Sequence record: DRR723986_6707
Direction: 5' to 3' (one strand)
DNA length: 61,214 nucleotides
Of the stretch, positions 9,492 to 19,843 are shown one piece after another. The notes under the pieces were generated by a model that worked only from the letters and a program-made list of their open reading frames with translations, searched no databases and was not told the origin of the DNA. The translations under genes were made by a program, and so were the position numbers. The first letter of the stretch is position 1, and every line of letters begins with the position of its first letter.

Positions 9492-10987
9492 TTCGGACGA
9501 TTCCCCGCGGTTCGTGCCTTGGCAGCAAAAATGACTTTCGGAACGCGCACCTTGAGTCCGGCAAAGTCTTGAGCGGCTACACCTAGCCGAATGATCTCGC
9601 TCTCATTGCGGTCAATGTAGTGGCCGTCGTCGTGGGCTATCTGAACGTAACCAATCAATTCAACGACACTATTGTCCGGGTTTTCATGGAGGAGCTTCGG
9701 AAGGGTGACGCGTTGGCCATCAAGTGTGGCCTCTCGAATCGAATCGCGAAGCTTTCGCATGTCGAGACGTCGCATGCTGGCGAACTTGGCCGCCAGCTCA
9801 GCAGCTTTCACGAGTTCGACTGTGTGTTCGGTCAGCGTGTCCGAGACGAACTCTGCCGGTGCCTTCCAAAACGTCCTTGAAAGTGGGTTGCCTATGGCTG
9901 CCTCGGTCGTAATCGCGATCCCTAGTTCTGGAGGTTGTTGCTTCAGTTGTAGTGCGGATTGTTTGATGTCGCTGAGCACTTCTGCCAGCCGCATGCGTTG
10001 TTCGGTGGCTTGGACGTCCAGCAGCCTTCGCAAGGTGGCTGATAATCGGGCCGTGGTTCGCATGACTTTGTCAGCTTCCGCCAGGAGCGATGGAACCATC
10101 GACCTTACTCGTGAAAGTTCACTTTGTTTGTCTTCCAGCGCAGCGAGTTGCTGTACTTCTTCGATTGTCTTGCGCAGCGCGGCTTGTTGGTTGGGCGAAA
10201 ACAGAAATGCGACGAAAGCAAAAAAACTAACGCCCTCGTCTTGTTGCTTGAGCAAGTCTTCCGCGTCGAGTGCGTAGCCCAGGATCCCGCCCCGCGACGA
10301 GTCTCCTTGGGATTGTTGTCGTTGAACGTCGCGTGTAATCGACTGAAAACGTTCTTCGACCGCCCTGAAATCGGACTGGAGTGCGCGAAGCAGATCGACG
10401 GCAGTCTGGAACCGCTCTCGTATCTGGCTAGGCTGATAGACCTGGACCGTCTTGCCGGATTCTATCGACTCGATCTCTTCGTCGATGAGACGGCGTTGCT
10501 CGCGGAGGTACTCAAGTCGCCGTTCGGGGTCGGCCGACGCACCTCGAACGATATCTTCAAGTGTCTCGATGACCAAGCGTAACCGACTTTCAGTACCGAC
10601 GAGCGATTTGCTGCGACTGAGCACAGACTCGACGAATTGCAATGCGTCCTCGGCAAAGCGTGTCAATTGGAACTGCGGCTCAGTGCTGGACGCTTCCAGA
10701 AATCGACTCAGCCAACCATTCTCGACCCAGGTTGCGATGTATCGTTCGGGCGGCCCCTTCATTACAGTCGGATCAACTTCGTGCAATTCCTCTTGAAACG
10801 AGGACAGTTGGGTACGAAGATCGGTTTGGCCTATGGATATCGCATTGCCGGATTTGAAAGTCTGGTTGAGGAAATCGACCACCAATGGCGCATGGTCACT
10901 CCTGAGCAGTCGCGCTGTAGGCGATGCATCGAAGAAGCTCCGCAGTGAATCACGCCTCATAGAGGCTAGGTAGGAACTGTTGGACAT
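9488..10987 (-). CDS. jetA: Wadjet JetA (DUF3375/MksF-like kleisin)
   Basis: ARLLRSDHAPLVVDFL, W...GWL, GTESRL, DPERRLEYL, DFRAVEERF, GVSFFAF resemble DUF3375. 499 aa, first gene of the operon. Confidence 0.85.
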   Translation of the reverse strand: MSNSSYLASMRRDSLRSFFDASPTARLLRSDHAPLVVDFLNQTFKSGNAISIGQTDLRTQLSSFQEELHEVDPTVMKGPPERYIATWVENGWLSRFLEASSTEPQFQLTRFAEDALQFVESVLSRSKSLVGTESRLRLVIETLEDIVRGASADPERRLEYLREQRRLIDEEIESIESGKTVQVYQPSQIRERFQTAVDLLRALQSDFRAVEERFQSITRDVQRQQSQGDSSRGGILGYALDAEDLLKQQDEGVSFFAFVAFLFSPNQQAALRKTIEEVQQLAALEDKQSELSRVRSMVPSLLAEADKVMRTTARLSATLRRLLDVQATEQRMRLAEVLSDIKQSALQLKQQPPELGIAITTEAAIGNPLSRTFWKAPAEFVSDTLTEHTVELVKAAELAAKFASMRRLDMRKLRDSIREATLDGQRVTLPKLLHENPDNSVVELIGYVQIAHDDGHYIDRNESEIIRLGVAAQDFAGLKVRVPKVIFAAKARTAGNRPK

Positions 10988-11078
10988 TGCGGGCAGATAG
11001 GAAGCGAAGAAAGTGTTGACTCAGTCAGCTCGTTTGGGGGGCTTCACGCGATGATCCTTCTTCGCAGGAACGCTTAGT

Positions 11079-11108
11079 ATTGTAGTCAACGCTCGGCAGG
11101 AGTGTCGA
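11079..11108 (-). promoter_or_regulatory. Possible sigma70 promoter of jetABC
   Basis: TCGACA-N18-TACAAT on the minus strand, about 90 bp upstream of the jetA ATG. Confidence 0.3.
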
Positions 11109-11433
11109 AAAACCTCGATCGCGCAGCACCTTCGGGTGGCATCTTCAGCACCGCGGCGGAGGCCAGTCTAACGCTGGCTGGCAAAGCCAGAGACACAAAA
11201 ACACACGCAAAATCAGATAGAACGTGTCCACCTAATCCGCAGCAAGTGAGCCGAGAACGTGAAGGCCGACTTGGGTTTCGGGTGCACCGGGAGCTGCGGC
11301 GTGACGGAATGAAATTCGTACCCTGTCTCAATACTCTTCGATTCGCTGGATGGTCTAGTCGCCAACGCGCAATGCTTGCTTTACTGAGAATCGTGATGAG
11401 TGATTCTTGTTCAAGACAACGGTGACAGCAGGG

Positions 11434-12765
11434 CTACTGCCATGGAACCGCGCCGGCTGCTTGAATGTGGAGCATCAATCGCGACGTAAGTTCTCGGAGC
11501 TTCTTGGGGTTCTTCTTTGCCAGGTCGTTCTGCTCTCGCGGGTCCTCTTTCAAGTTGAACAGCTCAAATGGTTGGGTCGGAAGATTGTGAACGAGTTTCC
11601 AATCGCCCAGTCTTAGAGCTTCGATAGTTAGCCCGCGGTAGGCAGCGCCACCTTCACGGCGGACGTAGTAGACCTCTCGGTCAATGATTGGTTTGCTGGG
11701 ATCAGTAAGCCACGGCAAGAGACTTCGCCCATCGACGCCGTCTGGCACGGGTGCATCGATGGCATCACAGATCGTTGGCAAGATGTCCATCGTCACACCA
11801 ACTGCGTTCGTCTCGCTGCCAGAGGGGATTCTGCCGGGCCAGCGAACAATTGCAGGCACTCGAAGACCGCCTTCGTAGTTCGATTGTTTGCCACTGCGAA
11901 GGGGGCCGTTGTCGGCTCCGGCGTTCAACTGCCCGCCGTTATCGCTGACAAATACAACAATCGTGTCTCGTCCAGTTTCGTCGACTCTCGCAAGGACTTT
12001 CCCTATGGCTGCATCCATATCCTCGATCAGTGCAATCAACTTGGCGCGTTTCTCCGAAACATCCAATCGGTCGTTCACGGCATCAAGTGCAGACTGTGGA
12101 GGTTGGATCGGAGTGTGGGGAGCGTTGTAGGCCAGATAAAGAAAGTACGGTTCGTCGCGGCTTGCCATTTCCTCAATTGCGAGATTTGCCCAGTCGGTAA
12201 ACAGGCTAGTTGCATGACCGGCCGGGTTAATTGGCGTCTCGTTCAGACGCATGTAGTTGTTTCTATGGCGGAGATGGTGGAAGTAGTCATCCATCATGTC
12301 ACCGAGAAAGCCGTGGAAGTGATCAAAGCCGCGGTCCCGAGGTAGGTCGCCCGCTGTCAGCCCCAGATGCCACTTGCCAATCGCGGCCGTTTGGTAACCT
12401 TGAGCCGAAAGGACTTCTGGGAGGAGGTTGATATCGCCAGCCAAATTGCCCCAGCTATTCTCCGGGTGAGTGCGGATGACGCCTGGAACTCCGACTCGGT
12501 CTGGGTAGCAGCCACTCAGAATGGACGCTCGAGTGGGCGAGCAGACGCAGCAATTGGCATAGAACTGAGTCCACTTTTGCCCCTGGGCAGCCAGTTTGTC
12601 GAGGGCTGGCGATAAAACCTCGTCACTGCCATAACAGCCCAGATCCCCCCAGCCGAGGTCGTCCGCGACGATGACAACTACGTCCGGTTTTGCGGCCTGT
12701 GCGGCCTGTGAGGTGATCCAGAGCAGGAAAATGGCAAGGCTTTTCGGGAGGGATCGTGGAATCAT
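11434..12765 (-). CDS. Secreted Cys-type sulfatase (arylsulfatase A-like)
   Basis: Signal peptide, ADDLGWGD, CSPTR (CxPxR formylglycine motif), GKWHLG, APHTP, SDNGG, YEGGLRVP. Confidence 0.93.
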   Translation of the reverse strand: MIPRSLPKSLAIFLLWITSQAAQAAKPDVVVIVADDLGWGDLGCYGSDEVLSPALDKLAAQGQKWTQFYANCCVCSPTRASILSGCYPDRVGVPGVIRTHPENSWGNLAGDINLLPEVLSAQGYQTAAIGKWHLGLTAGDLPRDRGFDHFHGFLGDMMDDYFHHLRHRNNYMRLNETPINPAGHATSLFTDWANLAIEEMASRDEPYFLYLAYNAPHTPIQPPQSALDAVNDRLDVSEKRAKLIALIEDMDAAIGKVLARVDETGRDTIVVFVSDNGGQLNAGADNGPLRSGKQSNYEGGLRVPAIVRWPGRIPSGSETNAVGVTMDILPTICDAIDAPVPDGVDGRSLLPWLTDPSKPIIDREVYYVRREGGAAYRGLTIEALRLGDWKLVHNLPTQPFELFNLKEDPREQNDLAKKNPKKLRELTSRLMLHIQAAGAVPWQ

Positions 12766-12983
12766 TTGTTCTTCCGGGGTGGTCGAGTGACCATGGGTAG
12801 GTGAAGTTGGCGAGAGCAGGCGAAGTTTGACGTCACCTGGGCCACGCCATATTCTACCTCAGTGCGGCCGTGTTTGGGCCGTAGTCCTCGAAGTAGCACA
12901 ATGCCAGCTTTGCGCAGTGCTTTGAACACTTCTAAGAATCCTTGTTCGCAGTTTCCCAGCGACTGTGGCTAGCCCGACGCGTT

Positions 12984-15914
12984 ATGAATCCTCCAGCCGA
13001 CCAGCCGCAGTCCTTCGCCGATGATTCGGCCAGCGGTGCGCACCGAGGTGACGCGATTGACGGCGCTGCCAAGCGGGCCGCGGGTGAGTCAAAGGTCCCG
13101 GACAAGAATCGCGAAGCCGTCGGCCACTCTCAATTCGCCCAGCCGGATGATCCGACGGCCGCGGGCAATCCAGATGCTGTTTTCGAAGTTCCGCCATCAG
13201 GTACTGCACAGCCAGCGTCGGCCGAGAGCCCTAGCAGCGGCGATGCTCAGGATGTGAGTGACCGAGCCGCCGTTCCCGCTTTCGATGCCCCAACTGAAGC
13301 CATGCCATCTGATGACTTGGTCGGCGATATGGTTGACGATGCCAATCCAGGTGCACAAACCGTCATTAGCAAACGACCTGTTGCTGCACCGGAGGAGTTT
13401 TATCGATCGATGCCGCTGGCGGAGTTGGCGGAGATGTTGGAGGGGCGACAGCTCGACCACTTTGCGGTCGAGCAGATGATTGGCGGTGGCGGCATGGGAG
13501 CGGTCTTCCGGGGTCGCGATTTGCGACTGGATCGAGTGGTCGCCATCAAGGTAATCCCTGCCTCGCGGCGCGACCCCGAGACGCTGCGAAGATTCCGCCA
13601 AGAGGCTCAAGCGGCGGCACGACTGGATCATCCAAACATTGCTCGCGTGTATTACGTCGGAGAAGCCGATCGTTGGAACTATATCGTTTTTGAATTCATC
13701 GACGGAGTGAATATTCGCGACCTTGTTCAGATGGAAGGCCCCTTATCGATCGACGACGGGGTCTACTATTGCCGCCAGGTTGCCGAGGCCCTTGAGCATG
13801 CTCGGACGCGCGACGTTGTGCATCGCGACATCAAGCCGTCCAATATCCTTGTTACAGCTACCGGCCATATCAAAGTCGTCGATATGGGCTTGGCGCGTGA
13901 CACGTCGATGGATCGGAGTACGGCTGATGAAACGGCCAGCGGAATTACACTGGGCACGTTCGATTACATTTCCCCAGAACAAGCTCGGAATCCACGCGAT
14001 GCGGATACGCGAAGCGATCTTTATTCTCTGGGCTGCTCATTGTTCTTCATGCTTACAGGGACGCCGCCCTTTCCTGAGGGAACCGCCCTGCAAAAACTGC
14101 TTAACCACGGGAGCCAGCCGCCTCCTGACCCACGTGGGTGGCGGGAAGATATTAGTGATCAACTTCACGATGTTTTGATCCGCCTGATGGCCAAGCGGCC
14201 CGCGCAGCGTTACCAGAAGCCGATTGACTTGGTAAACGATTTGGTTCTCCTGGCGGAGGCGGAAGGGCTGGCACGAGCGCAGACTTCTGGCGCGTTTATG
14301 TTCACGCCTACAGTGGCGGAGCGTAGTTTGTTGGAGGCCAACTTGCCGTGGATGGTGGCGTTGGCATTCTTGATGGGCAGCACGCTGTGGTTGCAAAGCA
14401 TGCAAGCCACGTCGGGCATTAGCCAGTTGCCGCGCATTACGACAGTGGTTTCTTCAGAGTCCACCGCTCGAGCTGCACGGGCAGACGCCGGTAGTGATGA
14501 AGGGACCATGGAACTGGACAGCGGGACAGAGGGTGCCCTGTCTGGCGAGCGAGTTGACTCGGCCGCTGCCGACGAAGCACCGGTACTGGAAGTTGTTCTT
14601 CCCAGTGAGTTGCTGGTTGTCGCTCCGCAACAGCCTGCTGACGTAGCACCCATGCAGTGGGAGCGCACCGTTGATGACGCACTGCGGCGTGCGGCAACAG
14701 AAGATACTATCCGCGAGATCGAAATTCGCGGGCAAGCACGTATCACTGAACCGGTAGTCTTGCCCGATCGGTCGCTGGTGCTGCGCGGTGCCCGAAGCTC
14801 CGCGGATTCAAAAGCGGAATTGCAGATCGACCTGGCGGCCACAACGCAGCTCGAGCCATGCATAATCAAATTGCTCGGTGGTAACCTCAAGCTTCAGTCG
14901 CTCAATATTTCAGTTCAGCGGAGCTTGGCCATAGGCCGTCAAGGTGTCATCAGTATGGCTGGCGCGGAGGCACGAACGGCGATTGTCGACTGTCAATTGA
15001 ACGCTTTAAGTGACAGTTCAAATAGCGGTAGTCGTTTCACTGCACCGGCGTTTAGCTTTGTGCATATTGGTGAGAATCAGGTTTCAGCCGTGGGGCCATT
15101 TTTGCCCAATTACACGCCGCTGCAGAGCTTTGGCCAGTCGGCGTCCGGCGCGCGGATTCCTGTTAGGCCGCCCTTCAGCTCGCCCGGTTTGATGCCACTG
15201 GATTCAGCCATGCCGGCCGCTGGGAGGGATGTTGGTTCGGCCAGTTATCCCGGTGGCACAACAGACAATCGGCGAAGGTTGGAAGTGGAGGGATCCGTGG
15301 TGCGACTGCACGGTGGATTGGTTGCGTTGGACGATGTGCGAGGGACGGAGAAGCTTGAACTAGTTGTTCGGAACAGCCTCGTAGTCTCCAGTCGTGAGAC
15401 GCTATTTGCTAAGGCCAGCAATGGCGAGGGCAATCCCAGGTTTGTGCGAGCCGAATTGGAGGCCAGTACGTTTATTTCACCTGCGGGATTTGCCACGTTC
15501 GCTTACGAAGGCATCGGCAACCCTCAATTGGGTTTGAATCGACGGGCCGAATCTTGCGCTTTTTGGTCCGCCGCAGGTGTTGGCCATTTGACGCTTGTGG
15601 GTGCGCGCCGCGAAAGCCTACTTGGAAACTTTGTGCTGCTGGACTTTCAGGGGCAACGGAACGCCTACGATCGTGGCATCGAAGAGATCTGCCAAAGTAA
15701 TCCTGGCGCTCCCAATTCGGCCAAATTCGGCTTCCAAGAAGCGGGAACCGACGGCTGGTTTGCAGAACGCGGAAGCGAGTTTCAGGTGGCTTGGCCAACG
15801 GAATTGGGCAATATCAGTTTTGGCTCCGCAGCCGAGCTGGCCGCCGTCTCGCGCCAAACTGTCGCTATCGTTGACGACATGTTTCAGCCCGGAGTCCCTC
15901 CGGCGGATGAGTAG
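12984..15914 (+). CDS. Membrane-anchored Ser/Thr protein kinase with beta-rich extracytoplasmic domain
   Basis: IGGGGMGAVF, VAIK, HRDIKPSN, DMG, GTFDYISPEQ, SDLYSLG, then a TM segment (LPWMVALAFLMGSTLWL). ATG 12984 preferred over the track's TTG 12942. Confidence 0.9.
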   Translation: MNPPADQPQSFADDSASGAHRGDAIDGAAKRAAGESKVPDKNREAVGHSQFAQPDDPTAAGNPDAVFEVPPSGTAQPASAESPSSGDAQDVSDRAAVPAFDAPTEAMPSDDLVGDMVDDANPGAQTVISKRPVAAPEEFYRSMPLAELAEMLEGRQLDHFAVEQMIGGGGMGAVFRGRDLRLDRVVAIKVIPASRRDPETLRRFRQEAQAAARLDHPNIARVYYVGEADRWNYIVFEFIDGVNIRDLVQMEGPLSIDDGVYYCRQVAEALEHARTRDVVHRDIKPSNILVTATGHIKVVDMGLARDTSMDRSTADETASGITLGTFDYISPEQARNPRDADTRSDLYSLGCSLFFMLTGTPPFPEGTALQKLLNHGSQPPPDPRGWREDISDQLHDVLIRLMAKRPAQRYQKPIDLVNDLVLLAEAEGLARAQTSGAFMFTPTVAERSLLEANLPWMVALAFLMGSTLWLQSMQATSGISQLPRITTVVSSESTARAARADAGSDEGTMELDSGTEGALSGERVDSAAADEAPVLEVVLPSELLVVAPQQPADVAPMQWERTVDDALRRAATEDTIREIEIRGQARITEPVVLPDRSLVLRGARSSADSKAELQIDLAATTQLEPCIIKLLGGNLKLQSLNISVQRSLAIGRQGVISMAGAEARTAIVDCQLNALSDSSNSGSRFTAPAFSFVHIGENQVSAVGPFLPNYTPLQSFGQSASGARIPVRPPFSSPGLMPLDSAMPAAGRDVGSASYPGGTTDNRRRLEVEGSVVRLHGGLVALDDVRGTEKLELVVRNSLVVSSRETLFAKASNGEGNPRFVRAELEASTFISPAGFATFAYEGIGNPQLGLNRRAESCAFWSAAGVGHLTLVGARRESLLGNFVLLDFQGQRNAYDRGIEEICQSNPGAPNSAKFGFQEAGTDGWFAERGSEFQVAWPTELGNISFGSAAELAAVSRQTVAIVDDMFQPGVPPADE

Positions 15915-16254
15915 GTGAAGGTTGGCTGTTGTGGGGGCGATTTCAGTCCATTCGGTAGGACTGTACTGGATTTGGTCGGCCAATTCGTGGCTTTTGGCCA
16001 AGGAATTCAGTGGTCTGGACGAGGCCCGGTAATCCTTCTCTAGGTGGTTTCAACCGACCCTTGAGACCCCCCTCAATGCCTGTTCGGGAGGGATTTGACC
16101 CTTGATTTTGTCGCACTTTCGGTGCAAACTTGCATTCCCAACCTCAATTGACGCTGCCCTCGTGGTAGCGGCTGTCTAATTGCCTGGCAGTCTACCAACG
16201 TGGTAGTCCAGCCAAGTTACGTGTTACGAAGTTCGAAATGGAGCCCATCGGGTT

Positions 16255-16674
16255 ATGAAGAATTATTTGGTTGCCGCTCTTGCGGTCGCAATGGCTTGCT
16301 CAGCCAGTTCTAACGTTTTTGCTGTTTCCAAGCTGAAGAAGGCGTTCGCTGAGCACTACGCTGGCGAGAAAGCCAATGAAGATCTGAAGGGTCTCGTGAA
16401 GAAGGCTGGCTGCTACGTTTGCCACGTGAAGGGCGAAGACAAGAAAAAGGTACGCAACGTCTACGGCAAGGCTTTGCACGAAGCATTCGAAAAGGACAAG
16501 TTCCCGCTGAAGGAATGGTCGAAGGATCCTGAGAAGTACGCAGATCGCCTGAAGGACCTTTTCAAGAAGGTTGAAGAAGACGAAAGCGGCGACAAGAAGC
16601 ATAAAACTTTTGGTGCACGCATCAAAGCGAACCTGCTGCCGGGCGGCAACGTAGAAGGCAAGAAGGAAGAATAG
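16255..16674 (+). CDS. Small secreted monoheme c-type cytochrome
   Basis: Signal peptide, one CYVCH heme-binding motif, Lys-rich. GGAG upstream of the start. Confidence 0.8.
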   Translation: MKNYLVAALAVAMACSASSNVFAVSKLKKAFAEHYAGEKANEDLKGLVKKAGCYVCHVKGEDKKKVRNVYGKALHEAFEKDKFPLKEWSKDPEKYADRLKDLFKKVEEDESGDKKHKTFGARIKANLLPGGNVEGKKEE

Positions 16675-16704
16675 ACGCCTTCCTGAACAGGACAGATAGG
16701 ACAA

Positions 16705-16724
16705 AAGGCTAGCTCGCTAGCCTT
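16705..16724. terminator. Stem-loop after the cytochrome c gene (possible terminator)
   Basis: Inverted repeat AAGGCTAGC-TC-GCTAGCCTT. A T-run follows only on the minus strand. Confidence 0.35.
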
Positions 16725-16830
16725 CAGAGAAATGGCAATCGTCCAGGAGTTTCGACCAGGGCGTTTGCCTTTTTTTGTATACTTCCGCCCGCATTTCCGA
16801 GTTTCATCAGGTTCAAAAGGTGCCCTTGCT

Positions 16831-17475
16831 ATGCGAACTTCGCTGCTCTTGGCGTTTGCGTTAACTCCGATGTTGTCGATTGAGGACGTTCATGCTCAGA
16901 AGGCTATCCCGTCCAACGACAATGGTTGGGTCGAGATGTTCAATGGCAAGAATCTAGACGGCTGGAAGATCAACGAGAAACCCGATAGTTGGCGGGTTGA
17001 AGATGGAATGATCGTCAGCAACGGTCCCCGTTCGCACCTGTTCTTCAAGGCTGAGAAGCCGTTTAAGAATTTCCACTTCAAGGCACGCGTCAAGACAACC
17101 AAGGGTAGCAACGCGGGCATCTACTTCCACACTAAGTTCCAGGAAGAGGGTTGGCCCAAGTATGGTTACGAATGCCAAGTAAACGTCTCGCACAAGGACA
17201 AGAAGAAGTCCGGCGGCCTGTACGCTGTCGAAGACGTCGCTGATCCTCCGGTAAAGGACGATGAATGGTACACCCAAGAAATCATCGTCAAAGGCAAGAA
17301 TATCAAACTGCTGATCAACGGTAAGGCACTCGTGGATTACACCGAGCCAGACGATAAGAAGCCATTCGACAAGAATTTTGAGCGGCGTTTGGGCGAAGGG
17401 ACCATTGCTCTGCAAGCACATGATCCCGACAGCTTGGTTTATTTCAAGGATCTCAAGATCAAGCGACTGCCCTAA
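16831..17475 (+). CDS. DUF1080 (3-keto-disaccharide hydrolase-like) secreted protein
   Basis: GWVEMFNGKNLDGW, WRVEDG, NAGIYFH, GYECQV, GTIALQAHD, VYFKDLKIK. Signal peptide begins at ATG 16831. Confidence 0.88.
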   Translation: MRTSLLLAFALTPMLSIEDVHAQKAIPSNDNGWVEMFNGKNLDGWKINEKPDSWRVEDGMIVSNGPRSHLFFKAEKPFKNFHFKARVKTTKGSNAGIYFHTKFQEEGWPKYGYECQVNVSHKDKKKSGGLYAVEDVADPPVKDDEWYTQEIIVKGKNIKLLINGKALVDYTEPDDKKPFDKNFERRLGEGTIALQAHDPDSLVYFKDLKIKRLP

Positions 17476-17533
17476 CGCGATCGCCTCAGCGAGATAATGC
17501 GTTGCGAAGCATTAGAGATTTGTTAGAGTTCCT

Positions 17534-19843
17534 TTGAATCTTCGGTCCAAGCACTTGTTCACCTCTGCCAACCCACTTTTCTACTTTTGTCTGACGGCTG
17601 CAACTCTTCTGTTGCCCGTCGGGCGGTCCATCGCGCGTCCCTGTGCAAGTTTTGTTGCACCTCTTTACGGTGGCGAAGCATTTCAATCGTCCGGCACTGA
17701 CGAGAATGCTTCCGGCGACAACGCGAATCAAGGCGAAGCGACCAAGGGTGATAATGCTGATCCGCGGGGTCGCGCTCAGGGGGATGATTCATCCGGTGTG
17801 ACTATTGGCCTGGATGGCAAGTGGAAACTTGGGCACGATCTGCAGGTCGTTGTGCGCACGCCAGCGAATTCCAGCGTCACTACTTTACAGGTTCAGTCCG
17901 TTGACGGTGATGGCGTTCCGGTTCGATACGAGCAGTCTGTTGCACCTGGAAGCGGTGGCGAGACAGTCTCGGCGATTGTTCGCGTTGGTCGCGAGCAACA
18001 AGATCTTTCGGTTCGGTTGCTTGGCGGCGAAGAGGTCCTACTCGAAGAGGCAGTTTCGCTCGAAGGAGATAGATCGGGATATCCCAGTGACCAGATTTTT
18101 GTCGCTGCGATTGGCGATGCAATGGGCGTTGGATCGCTCAGCGGCACACAATCCGGGCGTGGGCGAACCAGCGTTGCGGTTGCAGAGCTAAAGTCTGCCA
18201 CTACGGCACCCGTTGATTGGCGCGGCTATGCATCATGCGACCTTGTCGTAGTTAGTTGTGATGATTTGAGCCTGCTTGGCGAATTCGCAACGGAGCAGTG
18301 GCAGGCGCTCGATGACTGGGTGCGTCGCGGTGGGCATTGTGTCATCACCCTCGGTGTTGAAGGGGAGCAGTTGCCGGAGGAGTTGGTCGGCTGGCTGCCG
18401 GCCGAGCCCGGCGAGGTCGTGAGGATTAATGATCCAGGCACCATTGAAGCACTAGTATCAACAGACGCTCCGCTTGGGGCCATCCGAGCAACAAAACTAG
18501 ATGGTGCCATCGGCCGGGTTGAGCTGTCCGTTACTGACACGCTGGGGCGCGACAGCCCCTGGTGGACCCACTATCCTCGTGGTCACGGAATTGTTCACGT
18601 TGTGGCAAGTTCCTTGTCCAGTGAAGCCTTCGCAGCTTGGGAGGATCGGCAGTTGCTGTGGCAACGCGTTGTTCGGGACGTTATCGATCTTGAACGCAAT
18701 AAAGAACAAGAGGCAGGCAGTGTCGGCGATGCGTCGTATCTGGGGTACAACGATCTTGTAGGTCAGCTCAGAGCTACCCTGGATGTCTTCCCCTCGATCC
18801 GTGTCCTCGCGTTTTCTCAACTGGCCGCGCTGTTGATTGCGGTCCTGGTGATTGTTGGGCCCGTCGACTACTTTATTTCGGTAAAGTGGCTCAACCGTCC
18901 GCAGGTTAGCTGGTATCTGACTGGCGGCTTCCTGATCGCGACGTGTATCGCACTTAGCTTCGTCTACCAAGCGATTCGACCAGATGAAATCTGGGTCAAC
19001 TCCGCTCAGATCGTCGATTACGACTCCGCCACCGGTCGCATTGGGGGCCGTATGTGGACCCATGTTTACAGTGGTGCTGCGGGCGTCATGGATATCGACG
19101 TGGCGGTCAGTGAAGAGCTTGGTGGTGCACCGGTGCGGGTCGACTGGCAAGCCCTGCCTGGTCGCGGGCTGGGCGGAATTGGATCCCAGCTTAGCGCGGA
19201 CAGCGGAATGCCAGAGTACGCTGTGCAAGTTGATTCAGACGGCGACTCGAAAATTGTTGGTGCCGGTGTCTCGGCTGCCGGTACAAAGAGTTTGTTTGCC
19301 ACTTGGAATGCGCAGTTGGAACCAAACACCGATTCTGTGTTGGCAGAAGCCGGTGGCGTCAACCAACTGACCGGGCAAGTAGCCAATCCACTGGATGTGG
19401 AGTTGCTCGAACCCGCGCTCTTCTACCATAACTGGCACTATGCTCTAGGAAGTCGCATCCCTGCCAGTGGAATTGCATCGGTGTCGTACGATGCGATTCC
19501 CAAGGACATTACACGGCGACTGAACCGCCGCCGAATCATCGAAGACAGCGATGTGAGTACACCTTGGGATCCGGCCGATCGTGGCAACTTGGATCGTTTG
19601 CTGGAGTTGATGATGTTCTACAAAGCTGGTTCAGGACCAGCGTACACTTCATTGCGACATCGATATCACAACGCGATTGATCAGAGCAATCTGATGAATA
19701 CCAACGTTGCGGTCTTGATTGGCCGCGTGGAAAAGTCGTTTGCAGATGCTGTCGTTCGTTCAAATCGCGATGTGCCCGTTCAGCAGGGTGTTCGTTCGGT
19801 TTGGGTGCGAGTGCTGATACCCGTCCAGCCTGCCGAGAAATAG
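17534..19843 (+). CDS. Hypothetical membrane protein, probably ABC-transporter associated
   Basis: 769-aa ORF with N-terminal hydrophobic signal, a central DLVVV...ALDDWVRRGGHCVITLG segment (glutamine-amidotransferase-like) and two TM helices around GPVDYF. Directly upstream of the ABC ATPase. Confidence 0.7.
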   Translation: MNLRSKHLFTSANPLFYFCLTAATLLLPVGRSIARPCASFVAPLYGGEAFQSSGTDENASGDNANQGEATKGDNADPRGRAQGDDSSGVTIGLDGKWKLGHDLQVVVRTPANSSVTTLQVQSVDGDGVPVRYEQSVAPGSGGETVSAIVRVGREQQDLSVRLLGGEEVLLEEAVSLEGDRSGYPSDQIFVAAIGDAMGVGSLSGTQSGRGRTSVAVAELKSATTAPVDWRGYASCDLVVVSCDDLSLLGEFATEQWQALDDWVRRGGHCVITLGVEGEQLPEELVGWLPAEPGEVVRINDPGTIEALVSTDAPLGAIRATKLDGAIGRVELSVTDTLGRDSPWWTHYPRGHGIVHVVASSLSSEAFAAWEDRQLLWQRVVRDVIDLERNKEQEAGSVGDASYLGYNDLVGQLRATLDVFPSIRVLAFSQLAALLIAVLVIVGPVDYFISVKWLNRPQVSWYLTGGFLIATCIALSFVYQAIRPDEIWVNSAQIVDYDSATGRIGGRMWTHVYSGAAGVMDIDVAVSEELGGAPVRVDWQALPGRGLGGIGSQLSADSGMPEYAVQVDSDGDSKIVGAGVSAAGTKSLFATWNAQLEPNTDSVLAEAGGVNQLTGQVANPLDVELLEPALFYHNWHYALGSRIPASGIASVSYDAIPKDITRRLNRRRIIEDSDVSTPWDPADRGNLDRLLELMMFYKAGSGPAYTSLRHRYHNAIDQSNLMNTNVAVLIGRVEKSFADAVVRSNRDVPVQQGVRSVWVRVLIPVQPAEK

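Noticed and set aside
11086-11425. Small ORFs upstream of jetA as a jetD remnant
   Set aside because: They are short, show no Toprim-like motifs and read like non-coding translations.
1-11433. Mobile defence island around jetABC
   Set aside because: No integrase, transposase, tRNA or att-like repeat was seen in the window, although the left boundary lies outside it.
16061-16076. FNR/Crp box upstream of the cytochrome c gene
   Set aside because: TTGAG-N6-CTCAA does not match the FNR pattern TTGAT-N4-ATCAA.
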